IMG/VR virus record: IMGVR_UViG_3300017705_000602
Direction: 5' to 3' (one strand)
From: a virus
Lineage: Duplodnaviria > Heunggongvirae > Uroviricota > Caudoviricetes
Length of the DNA stretch: 64,000 nucleotides
Shown here: one piece after another, positions 1 to 6,895 of the stretch
Numbering within the stretch: the first letter of the stretch is position 1
Layout: each line of letters starts with the position of its first letter
Notes under the pieces: model-generated
What the model saw: only the letters and a program-made list of their open reading frames with translations
Told to the model about the DNA's origin: nothing
Database searches by the model: none
Program-made: the position numbers and the translations under genes

Positions 1-57
1 GACTTGTTGATGCCACAAAACACGTTTGATCACTTACCGGATGAAGCAGACTATTAA
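1..57 (+). CDS. 3' end of a hypothetical gene (truncated by the window edge)
   Basis: Frame 1 is open (DLLMPQNTFDHLPDEADY) to TAA at 55-57, just before the next promoter. Confidence 0.4.
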   Translation, partial: DLLMPQNTFDHLPDEADY

Positions 58-70
58 GGCAAAAAAGGTG

Positions 71-116
71 TTGACAACAGTTGGCACCTGTCGTATAATA
101 GCTTTAACAGTTAGGA
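71..116 (+). promoter_or_regulatory. Early sigma70 promoter plus ACAGTTAGGA leader
   Basis: TTGACA(71-76)-17 nt-TATAAT(94-99); AACAGTTAGGA at 106-116. Confidence 0.9.
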
Positions 117-129
117 AAAGGCGAAACAC

Positions 130-333
130 ATGTTACAGTATTGCGATTACATTGCGGCGCAGGCTCAACAAGCGATCAAACAGGATCCTGAGAGCTTACT
201 GAAAGAAACAGGCGCTGTCAAGCTTGACTTGCACCCACAAGAAGGGTACTTGCAGAGCACAACAAAGACCGTTGAAGTTACCGACAAGTATGGACAGCGA
301 TATCGTGTAACTGTAGAGGCAGTAGACGCCTAA
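130..333 (+). CDS. Hypothetical early protein (67 aa)
   Basis: ORF directly behind the promoter with an AAGG SD. Confidence 0.8.
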   Translation: MLQYCDYIAAQAQQAIKQDPESLLKETGAVKLDLHPQEGYLQSTTKTVEVTDKYGQRYRVTVEAVDA

Positions 334-488
334 AACGAAGTTTAGCGATCTGCCCCGGCTACACGCTAGCAACTACGCAGTCTGTACAAGAGGCAAATCC
401 AGAATTGAACCAATACGTGGCGATTAGTACGTTGGTACTGGTCCGGTTCGATTAACGGCATTTTAAATGAAGTATAACATTATAAAGG

Positions 489-516
489 TTGACATAACAC
501 ACAAACACTGTATAAT
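489..516 (+). promoter_or_regulatory. sigma70 promoter driving sRNA-1
   Basis: TTGACA(489-494)-16 nt-TATAAT(511-516); no credible ORF downstream. Confidence 0.8.
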
Positions 517-522
517 GTATGT

Positions 523-727
523 AACACAATTTAAAGATTTATTAGTGCTGGGTACAAGTTTTCATGTTGTTCCTTTTAGTTAGCACCAATTGTTGTTAGG
601 TCATGTACCCAGCACTAATAGATTTTAAAGAATACTACCGGCAAGTGCTCTTGCCAATTGTGTCTCCTGATAGCGAGTTGGCTATCATCCTAACTGTTAG
701 GGGTCCTTCGGGGCCCCGCCTCCTTTT
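523..727 (+). ncRNA. Putative multi-hairpin antisense sRNA (sRNA-1, ~205 nt)
   Basis: 17-bp perfect stem 540-556/604-620; hairpins 640-655 and 668-687; C(UUCG)G hairpin 700-717 followed by CCUCCUUUU; unpaired parts are complementary to SD/start and leader motifs. Confidence 0.7.
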
Positions 728-746
728 ACAAATCCTCAAAAAATGG

Positions 747-790
747 TTGCATTCTGTTCTGCTCCTGCTATACTGTACACACAGTTAGGA
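747..790 (+). promoter_or_regulatory. Early sigma70 promoter plus ACAGTTAGGA leader
   Basis: TTGCAT(747-752)-16 nt-TATACT(769-774); ACAGTTAGGA at 781-790. Confidence 0.8.
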
Positions 791-804
791 ACAAGGAGCA
801 ACAC

Positions 805-1029
805 ATGCAACACACAAATCATTTCGCGCAAGACACAGACGTAACTTATTACGGTTCTGTTGTAGGCTACGACTTTTACATGACGGACGACAACATTGTG
901 CTGATCCAGTTTGGTGAGCAAGAACAGGAGTACATGTCTATGTCACTTGAGTCGGCTCGACGCATTGAACAGCACCATTATCGTGCCGCTGTTATGTTGT
1001 GGGACTTACACCAACAAAAGGTTGCATAA
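805..1029 (+). CDS. Hypothetical early protein (74 aa)
   Basis: AAGGAG SD and own promoter. Confidence 0.8.
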   Translation: MQHTNHFAQDTDVTYYGSVVGYDFYMTDDNIVLIQFGEQEQEYMSMSLESARRIEQHHYRAAVMLWDLHQQKVA

Positions 1030-1066
1030 CGCAGCCTTTTTTCTTATAATGTACACACAGTTAGGA
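1022..1066 (+). promoter_or_regulatory. Early sigma70 promoter plus ACAGTTAGGA leader
   Basis: TTGCAT(1022-1027)-17 nt-TATAAT(1045-1050); ACAGTTAGGA at 1057-1066. Confidence 0.85.
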
Positions 1067-1080
1067 ACAAGGAACCGCAC

Positions 1081-1296
1081 ATGAAAGACTACGTTAACCA
1101 GGCAGCACCCAAGCAAGAAAACAAGATTGTTACCATGATATTCTTTTCAATAGCCATGTTTGGCATGTTCATGTTTCTTGGTGTTGTTACTATAGCAACT
1201 GTGAGCACAGCAAGCGATAACACCGTGAACGCAGGCATTGCAGGTGCCGTGATGTTTGTGATAGGAACCATTGCAGGTTGGAACCGAAAAACATGA
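1081..1296 (+). CDS. Small two-TM membrane protein (71 aa)
   Basis: AAGGA SD; two hydrophobic segments. Confidence 0.8.
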   Translation: MKDYVNQAAPKQENKIVTMIFFSIAMFGMFMFLGVVTIATVSTASDNTVNAGIAGAVMFVIGTIAGWNRKT

Positions 1297-1297
1297 G

Positions 1298-1326
1298 TTG
1301 ACAACAACGCAACAACATGTTACCAT
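1298..1326 (+). promoter_or_regulatory. sigma70 promoter
   Basis: TTGACA(1298-1303)-17 nt-TACCAT(1321-1326). Confidence 0.7.
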
Positions 1327-1350
1327 GCACACTCACAAGGAGATAAGTGC

Positions 1351-1611
1351 ATGGACGAACTGTTAGAACACATCGGTGAGCTGAACGTAATGAAAAAGCT
1401 GACCGGTGATTACATTTTTTATTCACAGGAAGCTGAGTATTGGAAATCACAAAAGGTCGAGTCTGTCAAGGACTTTGAACACTGGCAAGCCAAGCAAGAG
1501 TACGAACGAACATATCGTGCCCTTGGCCACAGAGGTTACTTGCCAATAGATCCCGATGCATACACAGCTGAACAACTACAACAACAAACGCGAGCAATGA
1601 CACAAGGATAG
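1351..1611 (+). CDS. Hypothetical protein (86 aa)
   Basis: AAGGAG SD and own promoter. Confidence 0.8.
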   Translation: MDELLEHIGELNVMKKLTGDYIFYSQEAEYWKSQKVESVKDFEHWQAKQEYERTYRALGHRGYLPIDPDAYTAEQLQQQTRAMTQG

Positions 1612-1615
1612 CACA

Positions 1616-2062
1616 ATGGAAAACTTCAACTTCGAAGTACTCGACAGCGATCAAATTGACATCAACGGCACTGTTATCGATTTGCACACAGTCCCGCAAA
1701 ACAGATTGGACACCATGCAAGCCAGGTATTCGAACAAGGCGGGCAGTGATGCCGACTGGGAAAGCGGTGGATACTATGCGGCAGCTCTTGAGGCCATTGA
1801 GCGAGTTCAAGCACATCGAGTTGAATTTCCTGAAGTGACCAAGGACCCCGAAGACTTGTTGGCCATAGCTAAATCCAAGCAGGTAGACGAGACCGTGATA
1901 TGTCCGCAATGCAAAACTCCATTTGTCAAGACACAATCACAACAGACTTTTTGTTCAAACGGCCGAGGTGACAGTCAAGGCAACTGCAAGGATCGATACT
2001 GGAACCTGCACTCACCTGCACGCAAACAAAGACTTGACAACATTCACGAGAACTATGTATGA
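1616..2062 (+). CDS. Hypothetical protein with C-terminal zinc finger
   Basis: CPQC...FCS...CKDRYWN cysteine pattern; AAGGA SD. Confidence 0.75.
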   Translation: MENFNFEVLDSDQIDINGTVIDLHTVPQNRLDTMQARYSNKAGSDADWESGGYYAAALEAIERVQAHRVEFPEVTKDPEDLLAIAKSKQVDETVICPQCKTPFVKTQSQQTFCSNGRGDSQGNCKDRYWNLHSPARKQRLDNIHENYV

Positions 2063-2301
2063 AAGACAGTACAAAAGGATTTGTGGCATTTGCCATGTTT
2101 GCATTATCGGTAACCATGTGCTTGCTCAGCTTTAACAGCATTCTTGGATTCATGTGCGGCATAGTTGCACTGGTCCTGATCGGTAACGGACGCATGCAAG
2201 ACTGGGCTGACATAGGGCAGTTTATAACTCCACGTGTGTTCACTTTCATTGTGTTGCTGTCAGGTACACTGTTAGTGATCGGACAGTCACTAAATACGTA
2301 A
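2059..2301 (+). CDS. Small membrane protein (80 aa)
   Basis: ATGA overlap with the upstream gene; three hydrophobic segments. Confidence 0.75.
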   Translation: MKDSTKGFVAFAMFALSVTMCLLSFNSILGFMCGIVALVLIGNGRMQDWADIGQFITPRVFTFIVLLSGTLLVIGQSLNT

Positions 2302-2322
2302 AAATAAAACGAGTATAACACA

Positions 2323-2565
2323 ATGATGGAAATAGAAAAACACGAAGTGATATTTTTCACTCACAACAAACGCAAGTACGCCAGGTTCCCCGATTGCGAA
2401 TGGTTTCGCAAGAGCAAGAAAGGAAACTGGAAGCAATTGGACGAACACGACACTGATCTGATCGAAAATCGTTATCGCGCAGTCAAGCGTGAGATGCGCA
2501 AGAACTTTCTAAAAGAACTTGAATTCTTCTCAGGTTGGAGACCAAAAGACAAAGACAAAGATTAG
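2323..2565 (+). CDS. Basic hypothetical protein (80 aa)
   Basis: ORF tiles the region on the dominant strand. Confidence 0.7.
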   Translation: MMEIEKHEVIFFTHNKRKYARFPDCEWFRKSKKGNWKQLDEHDTDLIENRYRAVKREMRKNFLKELEFFSGWRPKDKDKD

Positions 2566-2566
2566 G

Positions 2567-2595
2567 TTGACACCTGGTCAGTCAGTTGCTATTAT
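2567..2595 (+). promoter_or_regulatory. sigma70 promoter driving sRNA-2
   Basis: TTGACA(2567-2572)-17 nt-TATTAT(2590-2595). Confidence 0.8.
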
Positions 2596-2600
2596 AGTGA

Positions 2601-2728
2601 CAGTGTTAGCGCACAGCAAGGTGTTGTTAAGTCCTCGCCTTGTACTACTTGATTGTCAAAGTCATCACCCCCAACCGATGACCCTTCATGTACAATCGCA
2701 GGCTTGCAGAAATGTAAGCCTTTTTTTT
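2601..2728 (+). ncRNA. Putative small structured RNA (sRNA-2, ~125 nt)
   Basis: Own promoter; hairpin 2616-2643; nested hairpin 2651-2697 with C-rich loop; intrinsic terminator 2700-2728. Confidence 0.65.
2700..2728 (+). terminator. Rho-independent terminator
   Basis: AGGCTTGCA-GAAA-TGTAAGCCT followed by a T run. Confidence 0.85.
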
Positions 2729-2755
2729 GACTTCTGTTTCTGAGCATGCTATCAT
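2727..2755 (+). promoter_or_regulatory. sigma70 promoter
   Basis: TTGACT(2727-2732)-17 nt-TATCAT(2750-2755). Confidence 0.75.
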
Positions 2756-2784
2756 ATGCACAACCAACCACTTAAGGAATCAAC

Positions 2785-3348
2785 ATGAAATACTGTATCA
2801 TGATTGTGCTGGCTGTGTTCAGTTTCAGCACACTAGCACAACAGGCACCCGAATGCAAGATCGATCCGGATTGGAAACAATCCAAAATACAAGAAACACT
2901 GGAGGCCTGTAAGCAATCGACCACGGCTGTAGTGCCACAAGCAGTAGCACAAGACGTGAGTGCGTATGCAGAAATTGCCAAAGGTGTAGCTGAAGCTATA
3001 GGTATTGCCGCACGCGAAGTAGGTGTAGCTGTAGACGAGTTTGTGAAAACAGACACAGGCAAGATGACCGTTGCACTTATAGTGTGGCACGTTGCAGGAG
3101 ATGATATCAAAGGCATGCTGTTTGGCATTCCCGGCATCTTGTTTGCAGTGTGGTTGTGGTTTACCATTGCTGCCAGACTCAAACGAACAGGTGAGTATGT
3201 TACTGTCAAGAATCGTTGGGGTCGCGAAGTGAGCGTACACAAGCTCAAGGCAGTGGCCGACTTTGATGGACCAGATGGATTCAGCTTTCTGATACTGTCC
3301 GTGTTCTGTGGCGCCATTGTGGTAGTGTGCTTGGCAAACATATTCTAA
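2785..3348 (+). CDS. Membrane protein with signal peptide (187 aa)
   Basis: MKYC...STLA signal-like N-terminus, C-terminal TM helices, AAGGA SD. Confidence 0.8.
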   Translation: MKYCIMIVLAVFSFSTLAQQAPECKIDPDWKQSKIQETLEACKQSTTAVVPQAVAQDVSAYAEIAKGVAEAIGIAAREVGVAVDEFVKTDTGKMTVALIVWHVAGDDIKGMLFGIPGILFAVWLWFTIAARLKRTGEYVTVKNRWGREVSVHKLKAVADFDGPDGFSFLILSVFCGAIVVVCLANIF

Positions 3349-3376
3349 AAACATATCACAAAAAACAAATAAAAGG

Positions 3377-3422
3377 TTGCATGGTGCAGCCTTTTTTCTT
3401 ATACTGTACACAACAGTTAGGA
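3377..3422 (+). promoter_or_regulatory. Early sigma70 promoter plus ACAGTTAGGA leader
   Basis: TTGCAT(3377-3382)-17 nt-TATACT(3400-3405); AACAGTTAGGA at 3412-3422. Confidence 0.85.
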
Positions 3423-3437
3423 AAAAGGAAAAGCAAC

Positions 3438-3662
3438 ATGTCACAAGAACTAAACCAAGTAGTAACAGAATTGAACCGTGAACGCAAGTTCGAAGGCCAT
3501 GCACCTGTAGACAGTGCTAGCAGTCAAAGGTGGGTAGTACTTGACTACATCTACGATCAGCTTGCATCTGAAACACTGTACGGCACACGCACAGCACGTC
3601 AAGCACAAAAGCGCAAGCGCGAGCTTGAGTCAGCCAAGTCACAGTTGTTGGAGCAAGCATAA
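3438..3662 (+). CDS. Hypothetical protein (74 aa, start MSQELNQ)
   Basis: ATG 3438 follows an AAGGA SD and the promoter; the ORF-track start at 3327 lies upstream of the promoter. Confidence 0.75.
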   Translation: MSQELNQVVTELNRERKFEGHAPVDSASSQRWVVLDYIYDQLASETLYGTRTARQAQKRKRELESAKSQLLEQA

Positions 3663-4171
3663 TGCCAAAGAGCAAAAGAACAACACCGGTTACACCTTGG
3701 GACCCCAGCAAGCGTGCAACAGCTCGTGTAAAGAATCCAATCCCGGTACCAACCGACTGTCCACACTGCGAAGGCACCGACATCGAGATCTGCAAGAACT
3801 CACGTGTGTATCGCGGTCGAACATATGGTGAATGGCCTTGGGTGGTCATGTGCAATACATGTTCAGCCTACGTGGGCTTGCATCCGTTTACAGGTATTCC
3901 TCTAGGCACACTGGCCGATCGCCAGACCAGAGATGCACGCAAACGAGTCAAGCAGGAATTTATTACATGGCAAGAAACCAACTGCCTGTCGCGCAACGAT
4001 GCGTACCGATTGCTGGCACAAAAGATGCGTATACCCAGCGAACAGTGTCACTTTGGCTGGTTTGATTTTGACCAATGCGATCTTGCAATGCACGCAGTAC
4101 GCAAACTGGAGCAACAGAAACGTTACCGTCCAGACTCACCTTTTGCAAAATTGAGAGAATTACTCAGTTGA
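3662..4171 (+). CDS. DUF3268-family zinc-finger protein
   Basis: CPHC...W..MCNTC.AYVGLHP.T.IPLGTLAD...SR..AY..LA..M...CH.GWFD...C pattern. Confidence 0.85.
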   Translation: MPKSKRTTPVTPWDPSKRATARVKNPIPVPTDCPHCEGTDIEICKNSRVYRGRTYGEWPWVVMCNTCSAYVGLHPFTGIPLGTLADRQTRDARKRVKQEFITWQETNCLSRNDAYRLLAQKMRIPSEQCHFGWFDFDQCDLAMHAVRKLEQQKRYRPDSPFAKLRELLS

Positions 4172-4196
4172 CAACGCCAGCCATGTGCGTTATCAT
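4168..4196 (+). promoter_or_regulatory. sigma70 promoter
   Basis: TTGACA(4168-4173)-17 nt-TATCAT(4191-4196). Confidence 0.8.
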
Positions 4197-4232
4197 GTAC
4201 ATGAAACAATATGCAATCAAAGGAATAAAAAT

Positions 4233-4709
4233 ATGACCACAGTAGCGCAATTGATTATTGAAAAGCTAACCGCAATCGAAGATCGTCTCGCACAGATTGA
4301 ACAGCGACTTGACAATCACGAAACAGCATTTTTAAACGACATTGTTGAGCCGGCCACGACTGCCACAGTTTCGGTTAAGCCCACACGCAAACGCAAAAAA
4401 GGAAACCGGCATGCCAAGCATCTTCCGCATCGCATTGCAACCAAGTTGCTGGAAGACCATGAGCTGGCCGAAAGCACTCGCAACACGTATGCCAACACAC
4501 TGCGCCGCTTGCTAGAAAACACCTGGATGGTACCAACCTTGATCAAGAAGCGTAACCAAGGCGTGCCATACGAATACATTGCTCAAGACCCACAGTTCAG
4601 CGACTACAACAGCAAGCGTCTGCAAAACATGGTCAGCGTAGGATTGCGTTATGGTGTAATCGAACGTGAGTCAGATGGCAAGTACCGCGAAGGCAACATC
4701 ACAGCATAA
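4233..4709 (+). CDS. Hypothetical protein with N-terminal coiled coil and basic patch (possible DNA binding)
   Basis: ATG 4233 after AAGGA; heptad-like LTAIEDRLAQIEQRL; KPTRKRKK. Confidence 0.75.
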   Translation: MTTVAQLIIEKLTAIEDRLAQIEQRLDNHETAFLNDIVEPATTATVSVKPTRKRKKGNRHAKHLPHRIATKLLEDHELAESTRNTYANTLRRLLENTWMVPTLIKKRNQGVPYEYIAQDPQFSDYNSKRLQNMVSVGLRYGVIERESDGKYREGNITA

Positions 4710-4767
4710 TCATGCAAGCACAGGGTTGCCACCGGGTAGCCCTGTACCAACACAAGGATAACACAAC

Positions 4768-4965
4768 ATGGTAGTAGGATCAATCTGGTGGGGCATGATT
4801 GGCATTGCACTTGCACTGTACAACAGTGTCATGCTTTATCAAAACACACAAGCCTGCATCGAAAAACCTGAACGCGCACGCAGACCATTCATGATATTCA
4901 TGCTAGTGATAGGTGCCATAACCGGCCCTGTGTTGCTAGTATACGTTGTGTACGGAATGTTATAA
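4768..4965 (+). CDS. Small two-TM membrane protein
   Basis: AAGGA SD; hydrophobic profile. Confidence 0.7.
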   Translation: MVVGSIWWGMIGIALALYNSVMLYQNTQACIEKPERARRPFMIFMLVIGAITGPVLLVYVVYGML

Positions 4966-4966
4966 C

Positions 4967-5140
4967 ATGTGGTGGGTCACTGTACTGAACGCAGTGCTCG
5001 TGGTGTTTCACGGCACCATGCTGATACACTACGCACGCAGTATGAAACAAGACAACAACGACTGGAATTGGTTTAGCTGTAACATGTCAGCGTTCTTGTT
5101 TGTAATGCTGGGCGCAAGCGTGATTGATAATATTTTTTAA
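4967..5140 (+). CDS. Small two-TM membrane protein (start MWWVTV)
   Basis: ATG 1 nt after the upstream stop; same architecture as the preceding gene. Confidence 0.65.
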   Translation: MWWVTVLNAVLVVFHGTMLIHYARSMKQDNNDWNWFSCNMSAFLFVMLGASVIDNIF

Positions 5141-5147
5141 AAAGGTG

Positions 5148-5193
5148 TTGACAAGTGTACCCGTTCAATCTATACTGTACACAACAGTTAGGA
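5148..5193 (+). promoter_or_regulatory. Early sigma70 promoter plus ACAGTTAGGA leader
   Basis: TTGACA(5148-5153)-17 nt-TATACT(5171-5176); AACAGTTAGGA at 5183-5193. Confidence 0.9.
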
Positions 5194-5206
5194 AACGGAG
5201 CAACAC

Positions 5207-5794
5207 ATGCAAATCACAAACCAAACAGCACAACAAATTGTTAACACACTAAGCAACGCAACCAACAGCATCACAGCACCACAAATTGTACAAGCATTGC
5301 GCACAGTGAAAGGTGCTACATTTGCAACGCTAACACAAGCAAGCAAAGTAAAAACAGCGGCAGCACACCGCGCACAAAACATTTACAAAATTACTGTGCA
5401 AAACGTTACACTGTGCAACAGCGATGCCAGCTTGTATTCAAACGCAGTAGCACGTGAAACTGAACAAGCGTTCACAGCCGTGCCTAGCAACTACGACATG
5501 ATTGACAACAGCTACTCAGTGTGCTCACTCAAAAGCAACCCTGCTAAACACTACCTGCGTGCTATTGTTAACCGTGCATTGCAAGTTGTTTACTATTGTG
5601 CTAACACAGACACTATTGTAAGTAAAGCACATGTTGCACAATACTTGACCAACAGCGCACGCGAGCAACTGTTAAACCCTAGCACTAGCACACACGTAGC
5701 ACACGCTGATGTTACGCACACAGTAACAGCACGCACGTTTGCATTGCAAAACATATACAGCATCAACGTTAACAAGCAAACGCTTACAGCGTAG
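5207..5794 (+). CDS. Hypothetical early protein (195 aa) with extreme compositional bias
   Basis: GGAG SD, own promoter and terminator; A/T/N/Q/V-rich with 1 Gly and no Trp. Confidence 0.85.
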   Translation: MQITNQTAQQIVNTLSNATNSITAPQIVQALRTVKGATFATLTQASKVKTAAAHRAQNIYKITVQNVTLCNSDASLYSNAVARETEQAFTAVPSNYDMIDNSYSVCSLKSNPAKHYLRAIVNRALQVVYYCANTDTIVSKAHVAQYLTNSAREQLLNPSTSTHVAHADVTHTVTARTFALQNIYSINVNKQTLTA

Positions 5795-5811
5795 CACACA
5801 CGCGCAATATG

Positions 5812-5840
5812 AGCACTGTATATCAGTACAGTGCTTTTTT
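5812..5840 (+). terminator. Rho-independent terminator
   Basis: AGCACTGTA-tatcag-TACAGTGCT followed by a T run. Confidence 0.85.
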
Positions 5841-5871
5841 GTATCCGCAAAATATCCAACCGCAAAAACGA

Positions 5872-6110
5872 CCCCTCAGCATGTAGCACAGGATTTGTCA
5901 ACCTTTTTTTGAGGGGGCGCCAACTGCGCGCCTGTTTTTTTATTCTCAAAATACCCTGGGGCAATTATCCTTGCAGACCCTGGGACAATCGTTCTGAAAA
6001 TACCCAGGTGACATTTTCTATGCTGCCGCCACTACTGTACGGAACCTTGGCTAAATCATGAACACAAAAATTTTTGCGCACATTTTTTTATGAGCACATG
6101 ACCCAGGGGC
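5872..6110. repeat. Non-coding site with ACCCWGG direct repeats and a CCCCTCA/TGAGGGG inverted repeat
   Basis: ACCCWGG at 5953, 5977, 6002 and 6101; inverted repeat 5872-5878/5910-5916. Confidence 0.7.
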
Positions 6111-6240
6111 CGTATACACATGCATACGCATGTATAAGCACAGTGCTAAACTGTTTCATGATCTTGTGCGTATAATACAACTACACAGACACACCACAAC
6201 ACACCACACAACACGGCAAGGACGCCGGTCCCACACATGA

Positions 6241-6269
6241 TTGACACAGTCGCTATCTTTGTGTACAGT
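6241..6269 (+). promoter_or_regulatory. Possible sigma70 promoter
   Basis: TTGACA(6241-6246)-17 nt-TACAGT(6264-6269). Confidence 0.55.
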
Positions 6270-6301
6270 AACAACACCATTACACCAACACGGACTGTAC
6301 C

Positions 6302-6535
6302 ATGATCACACCGTTTATCACCGTTGCCATGGCCACACACGATTCAAGTGCGCACGATCGCATACACGAAATTGCTGCCAGCTGTAACGGTATCACTGTT
6401 AGCACGGTGACCACCAACAACTGCACATACGTTGCCAAGTATTGTTATCCTAGCATGCACGATCGGGCACAGTGTTCGTTGTTGTTGCGCATGTATCGTG
6501 CTGACATAAAAGTGTTTGAACACGAACATGGTTAA
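6302..6535 (+). CDS. Small hypothetical protein (paralogue array)
   Basis: GGA SD; overlaps the next start. Confidence 0.65.
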   Translation: MITPFITVAMATHDSSAHDRIHEIAASCNGITVSTVTTNNCTYVAKYCYPSMHDRAQCSLLLRMYRADIKVFEHEHG

Positions 6536-6788
6536 TGTGACTGTGAGCATTCCAGAAGTTTCTGTGACTTCGTATGGCAGTGTGTCAGACACAGCATGGA
6601 AAAGATTGTGCGCAGTGCGGGCACGAGCACGTGAATTGGGTGCCACACAAACACGCGCACCGTTTGTGGGTCGTGTTGCAACCTTGTACTTGGCATGGCC
6701 GGATGCTCACAGTGCGCAACAAGCATGCACCGTGTTGGTCATGCAGTTTGAGCAAGTGCGTTGTGATGTGAATATAAACAGTGAGTGA
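6528..6788 (+). CDS. Small hypothetical protein (paralogue array)
   Basis: ATG 6528 coupled to the upstream stop. Confidence 0.65.
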   Translation: MVNVTVSIPEVSVTSYGSVSDTAWKRLCAVRARARELGATQTRAPFVGRVATLYLAWPDAHSAQQACTVLVMQFEQVRCDVNINSE

Positions 6789-6895
6789 ATTGTGTGCGTG
6801 TTTAATGCGCACAGCACACGCCGGGTGCGCTTCGGCGGCTTGCTGTCGCAAGCTGTGCCTGGACCTGAACCGCCCGACCTGACCTTGGAGGCAGC

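Noticed and set aside
603-788. 61-aa ORF in the ORF track
   Set aside because: No SD; it runs through sRNA-1 hairpins and the next promoter, so non-coding structure explains the region better
2519-2743. 74-aa ORF in the ORF track
   Set aside because: TTG start inside the previous gene; it crosses a promoter and a terminator
5874-5910. Minus-strand early promoter (AAAAGGTTGACA...)
   Set aside because: Good -35 context, but the -10 position reads TGAGGG; at most a remnant
5831-6061. 76-aa ORF over the ACCCWGG island
   Set aside because: Starts within a terminator, has no SD and crosses homopolymer runs
6180-6300. CA-rich microsatellite or CRISPR-like array
   Set aside because: No fixed repeat unit or spacer periodicity; explained by the local dinucleotide bias
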